20,000 bases of DNA from an uncultured virus (IMG/VR IMGVR_UViG_3300008113_000068) (lineage: Duplodnaviria > Heunggongvirae > Uroviricota > Caudoviricetes): the IMG/VR virus record IMGVR_UViG_3300008113_000068; one strand, written 5' to 3'. Made by a program: the position numbers and the translations under genes. The notes beneath the pieces were generated by a model, which was not told where the DNA came from, ran no database searches, and was given only the letters and a program-made list of their open reading frames with translations. Shown here one piece after another: positions 17,333-20,000 of this stretch. Positions within the stretch are counted from its first letter, which is position 1; each line of letters starts with the position of its first letter.

Positions 17333-17596
17333 TTATACTAATTTATTTTCTTTACTTCCAAATAATTTGATGTTTGCTCTACCACAAATAGGCATTATTT
17401 CTGTTGTTACTTCGGTTCCTTTTTTGATTATCTTTTGATTTTTCAAAACAATATCATCTTGTAAAATCTCTTTTATCTTACCTTCGTAACCATATACTTT
17501 CCTATCTGGTTCCTGTACTACGATATTTCCTATCAATTTGTTTTTGATGAAATATTCTTTCGTGTAACCTAAAATTTCGAATACTGAACTTTGCAT
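17333..17596 (-). CDS. Hypothetical protein (87 aa; probable start MQSSVF at 17596)
   Basis: The longer start at 17665 overlaps a promoter; ATG 17596 has an A-rich leader. Confidence 0.65.
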   Translation of the reverse strand: MQSSVFEILGYTKEYFIKNKLIGNIVVQEPDRKVYGYEGKIKEILQDDIVLKNQKIIKKGTEVTTEIMPICGRANIKLFGSKENKLV

Positions 17597-17628
17597 TTTT
17601 TGTGTATTAAATTCATTGTTTGATTGCA

Positions 17629-17658
17629 CAAATATACATTTTTTTTTAATTGCAACAA
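17629..17658 (-). promoter_or_regulatory. Bacteroidota promoter TTG-N19-TATATTTG heading the deazaguanine operon
   Basis: caaatata at 17629-17636 and caa at 17656-17658 on the + strand. Confidence 0.7.
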
Positions 17659-17674
17659 TATACAATGATTTTTT

Positions 17675-18097
17675 TTATTCACCTTGCAACATTTTTCCTA
17701 TTTCTGCATAAATATATCTTGCAACTTTGTTCAATTCTTCAACATCTGCCATGGTTTTACCGGCAATAATTAAATCTTTTGAATACGACCAAGTATAACC
17801 TAAAAATGCTTCGTGACCTTTAATTCTTGGTGCTAAAATTGATGGTGTTACCTCGGGTTCTGGTTTTTTATCGTTAGATGATGTTTCAATTTTCATCTTT
17901 CCTTTATCATCAATTTTGTATTCTAGAACAGAACCAACTTTGATACGAGGTGAATTTTTTTCCATTGTTCCACAAGATAATAAATCACCATTGCTCATCG
18001 CTAACTGATGGTAATAAATGTACTTTTTTGAAACTGGGTGTAAGTAATCGTCTACATACTTACAGCTTTCTACTTTTGCTTTTTTGATTGCATTCAT
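17675..18097 (-). CDS. Putative OB-fold ssDNA-binding protein
   Basis: Beta-rich N-terminal domain (IYYHQLAMSNGD...IKVGSVLEY), a low-complexity linker and a helical C-terminus; resembles phage SSB-like proteins. Confidence 0.35.
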   Translation of the reverse strand: MNAIKKAKVESCKYVDDYLHPVSKKYIYYHQLAMSNGDLLSCGTMEKNSPRIKVGSVLEYKIDDKGKMKIETSSNDKKPEPEVTPSILAPRIKGHEAFLGYTWSYSKDLIIAGKTMADVEELNKVARYIYAEIGKMLQGE

Positions 18098-18109
18098 GGT
18101 ATTTAGATT

Positions 18110-18889
18110 TTAAAATTTTCGAAATTTGCCTTTATGGTTTACATATTCATTTGAATCAACTTTGATATACTCATTGACTTTAAAAATCAACTGCATTTCA
18201 TTAAACGCTTGTTTAACTTTTTGTAAATCTTTTTTCATTATCGTTAACCCATCAATGTTGTATTCTATCCAATTTGGTAGTTCTTTTCTGATGTTATAAA
18301 GACATGTGTATAATTCATTTCTGATATTCTCGTAAACTTGAATCAAGCAATCATTATTACAAATGATTTTATCAATTTCACGACCATCAAAATACTGCAT
18401 CTCGTTTTCTCTTGCAAGAAATGATACACAATACCTTTTTGCTTCTTTAAATTCATCACGTAGGAGATATGAGTCAAACATTTTCTTTGAAATGTAACCT
18501 AATCTATATGCGATTTGCCAGTATGCAGAAATCAAGTCGACATTATAGAAAACTGTTCTGTTTTTCATTTTTTTCCACGACTGATAATTTTTATCTCTTG
18601 ATACACCTTCAAATTCAATATTCAAAGTTAAGAGTGAATCATTTTTTTTAATTTGAGAATATAAATTTCGTGTAAATGCACCTAAAAAACCTGCAAATTG
18701 TAACCGCGTAATGTTTTTCAATGGTAAATAATCGCCTGGGCCTATCGTACCACATAGTTCACCATCGGCAAACAAATTTTTGCGACCACCAAAAGTTTGC
18801 TCCCACATTTTTGAACCATTTTCAATGATTACTTGTTTTGTGTGTTCATAAAATTGTGGTTCAATTTCAAGTCTGAAATTTTGAATCAT
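18110..18889 (-). CDS. Small protein with family-B polymerase palm-like motifs
   Basis: VDLISAYW resembles motif A (DxxSxYP), K..K..R a motif B-like helix, and YNIDGL resembles motif C. Only 259 aa. Confidence 0.45.
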   Translation of the reverse strand: MIQNFRLEIEPQFYEHTKQVIIENGSKMWEQTFGGRKNLFADGELCGTIGPGDYLPLKNITRLQFAGFLGAFTRNLYSQIKKNDSLLTLNIEFEGVSRDKNYQSWKKMKNRTVFYNVDLISAYWQIAYRLGYISKKMFDSYLLRDEFKEAKRYCVSFLARENEMQYFDGREIDKIICNNDCLIQVYENIRNELYTCLYNIRKELPNWIEYNIDGLTIMKKDLQKVKQAFNEMQLIFKVNEYIKVDSNEYVNHKGKFRKF

Positions 18890-18891
18890 TC

Positions 18892-19704
18892 TTATTTATT
18901 TTTATTAATCTCTGATACCATGTCTTTGTATTCAAGTTTTGTAATTTTTCCTTCACCAAACAATTTCATCGCAAGATTTAAGTTTTCTTGTCTAGTTTGT
19001 TCTGTTTGTGCTTGGATTTTTAAAACTTCAACGTCTGGTGTTGTTGGTTTTTTTGGTTCTTTTGGGATTTGTGTCGCGGTCGGTTGTTCTGTTGGTTGTT
19101 CAGGTTGTAAAATTGTGGGTGTTTGTGCTGTTGGGTCGTATCCAAAATCTTGTTCTGTTCCACTTGAATCAGTTGTAACTATTCTTGAAACCCATTTGCC
19201 TTGTAATGTACCTGTACCTTTTTCAGGTTTTGTACACATGACATAAATTTCTATATCATCCGATTCTGTAATTTGTTTTTCACTTGCTTGTCTGTTTGCG
19301 AAATTTACAAACCCTTGAAACGTATCTTTGTACTTGCTTTTTGTACCTCCTTGAATGTAATCGACTCCTTCGTTGAAAATATCTGATATGAAATAAACCT
19401 CTGATGTTGTGACTGAAATGTATTGTGAATACTTTACTAATTCAAAATAAGGTTCTGGGCTTGTTAATTTGTAGAAAAGTAATGGTGCTTTTTCACCTGG
19501 TTTTACTGCTCTACGTTTACGAACTAAGAATTGAATGTTTGCAACGGTTATTTTCTGACCTGTGGAAGTTAATTGTGTGTAAACCTCACGCGCTTTGGGT
19601 AATGCAGAATTATAAGTAGGGTATTTTTTCTTGAAATATTTTTTTAGTACGTTGGCTACGTATCTAATTCCTTTGAATTTTTTCTTGGATTTTATCTTTT
19701 TCAT
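18892..19704 (-). CDS. Hypothetical protein: basic N-terminus, P/Q/T linker, SHOCT-like C-terminus
   Basis: K-rich start, PEQPTEQPT linker and LFGEGKITKLEYKDMVSEI tail. Confidence 0.7.
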   Translation of the reverse strand: MKKIKSKKKFKGIRYVANVLKKYFKKKYPTYNSALPKAREVYTQLTSTGQKITVANIQFLVRKRRAVKPGEKAPLLFYKLTSPEPYFELVKYSQYISVTTSEVYFISDIFNEGVDYIQGGTKSKYKDTFQGFVNFANRQASEKQITESDDIEIYVMCTKPEKGTGTLQGKWVSRIVTTDSSGTEQDFGYDPTAQTPTILQPEQPTEQPTATQIPKEPKKPTTPDVEVLKIQAQTEQTRQENLNLAMKLFGEGKITKLEYKDMVSEINKNK

Positions 19705-19869
19705 AAAAAAAAAGGGCGGTTACAGATTACTAATGGTCATGAAATAAGCTGCTACACAATGGACATGAATGAAGAAATTTTTCATCTGTAACGCACCCTG
19801 TTTTTTATTATGAAATATTTTTGATTGTAGTTTTTTCATTTGGTTTTTTCTTCATTCTGATTGTAGCAG
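19705..19869 (-). ncRNA. Putative structured leader RNA/attenuator
   Basis: Inverted repeat 19714-19727 / 19784-19798 followed by U9 just before ATG 19704. Loop segments are complementary to the 5' leader. Confidence 0.55.
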
Positions 19870-19872
19870 TTG

Positions 19873-19905
19873 TAAATATACAACATTTTTCAATACCTTA
19901 CCAAA
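19873..19905 (-). promoter_or_regulatory. Near-consensus promoter TTTG-N21-TATATTTA
   Basis: taaatata at 19873-19880 and caaa at 19902-19905 on the + strand; one mismatch to the -7 consensus. Confidence 0.45.
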
Positions 19906-20000
19906 CATGTTCAAAAAAAATTACCCATCATTTCCTTCAATCTGCTGCATTTAAAACACCTTAGTGATACGAACACACTCAACCACCCATCAAACCTTCA

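Noticed and set aside
2522..19619. Other short antisense ORFs (e.g. 2522, 2718, 3233, 3432, 3469, 4685, 4897, 5322, 7827, 9104, 12627, 14378, 14700, 16423, 18469, 18833, 19425) and 15018..15221
   Set aside because: They overlap well-supported genes, show F/S/I-rich antisense composition and have no motifs.
19714..19798. CRISPR mini-array, tRNA or preQ1 riboswitch
   Set aside because: Only two 12-nt repeats with a 14-nt spacer, no cloverleaf, no recognisable preQ1 aptamer, and it is not directly upstream of the que genes.
1..20000. Stop-codon reassignment, introns or inteins
   Set aside because: Genes tile the window in code 11 at expected lengths; DnaB has no intein-sized insert.

Overview
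AT-rich (about 30% GC by eye), densely coding phage DNA in the standard genetic code. The host is probably a Bacteroidota bacterium: several TAnnTTTG promoters, no Shine-Dalgarno motifs, A-rich start regions. Most genes lie on the minus strand. From the right end: a structured leader RNA, then a basic SHOCT-tailed protein, a minimal PolB-palm-like protein and an SSB-like protein. Next is a complete 7-deazaguanine DNA-modification operon (folE, queD, queC, queF, dpdA, ParB-like, queE) with an APS kinase and a HIGH-motif nucleotidyltransferase inserted in it. It is followed by replication genes (initiator/loader-like, DnaB, stand-alone DnaA domain IV), an XRE regulator, RecE/RecT-like recombination genes, a GT-like protein and RusA. 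At the left are a plus-strand small membrane protein with a lytic transglycosylase, a possible sRNA, and a minus-strand ORF of more than 749 aa (absent from the ORF track) built from small domains separated by repeated (M/Y/L)xxGG linkers. All calls come from reading motifs by eye; no searches were run.
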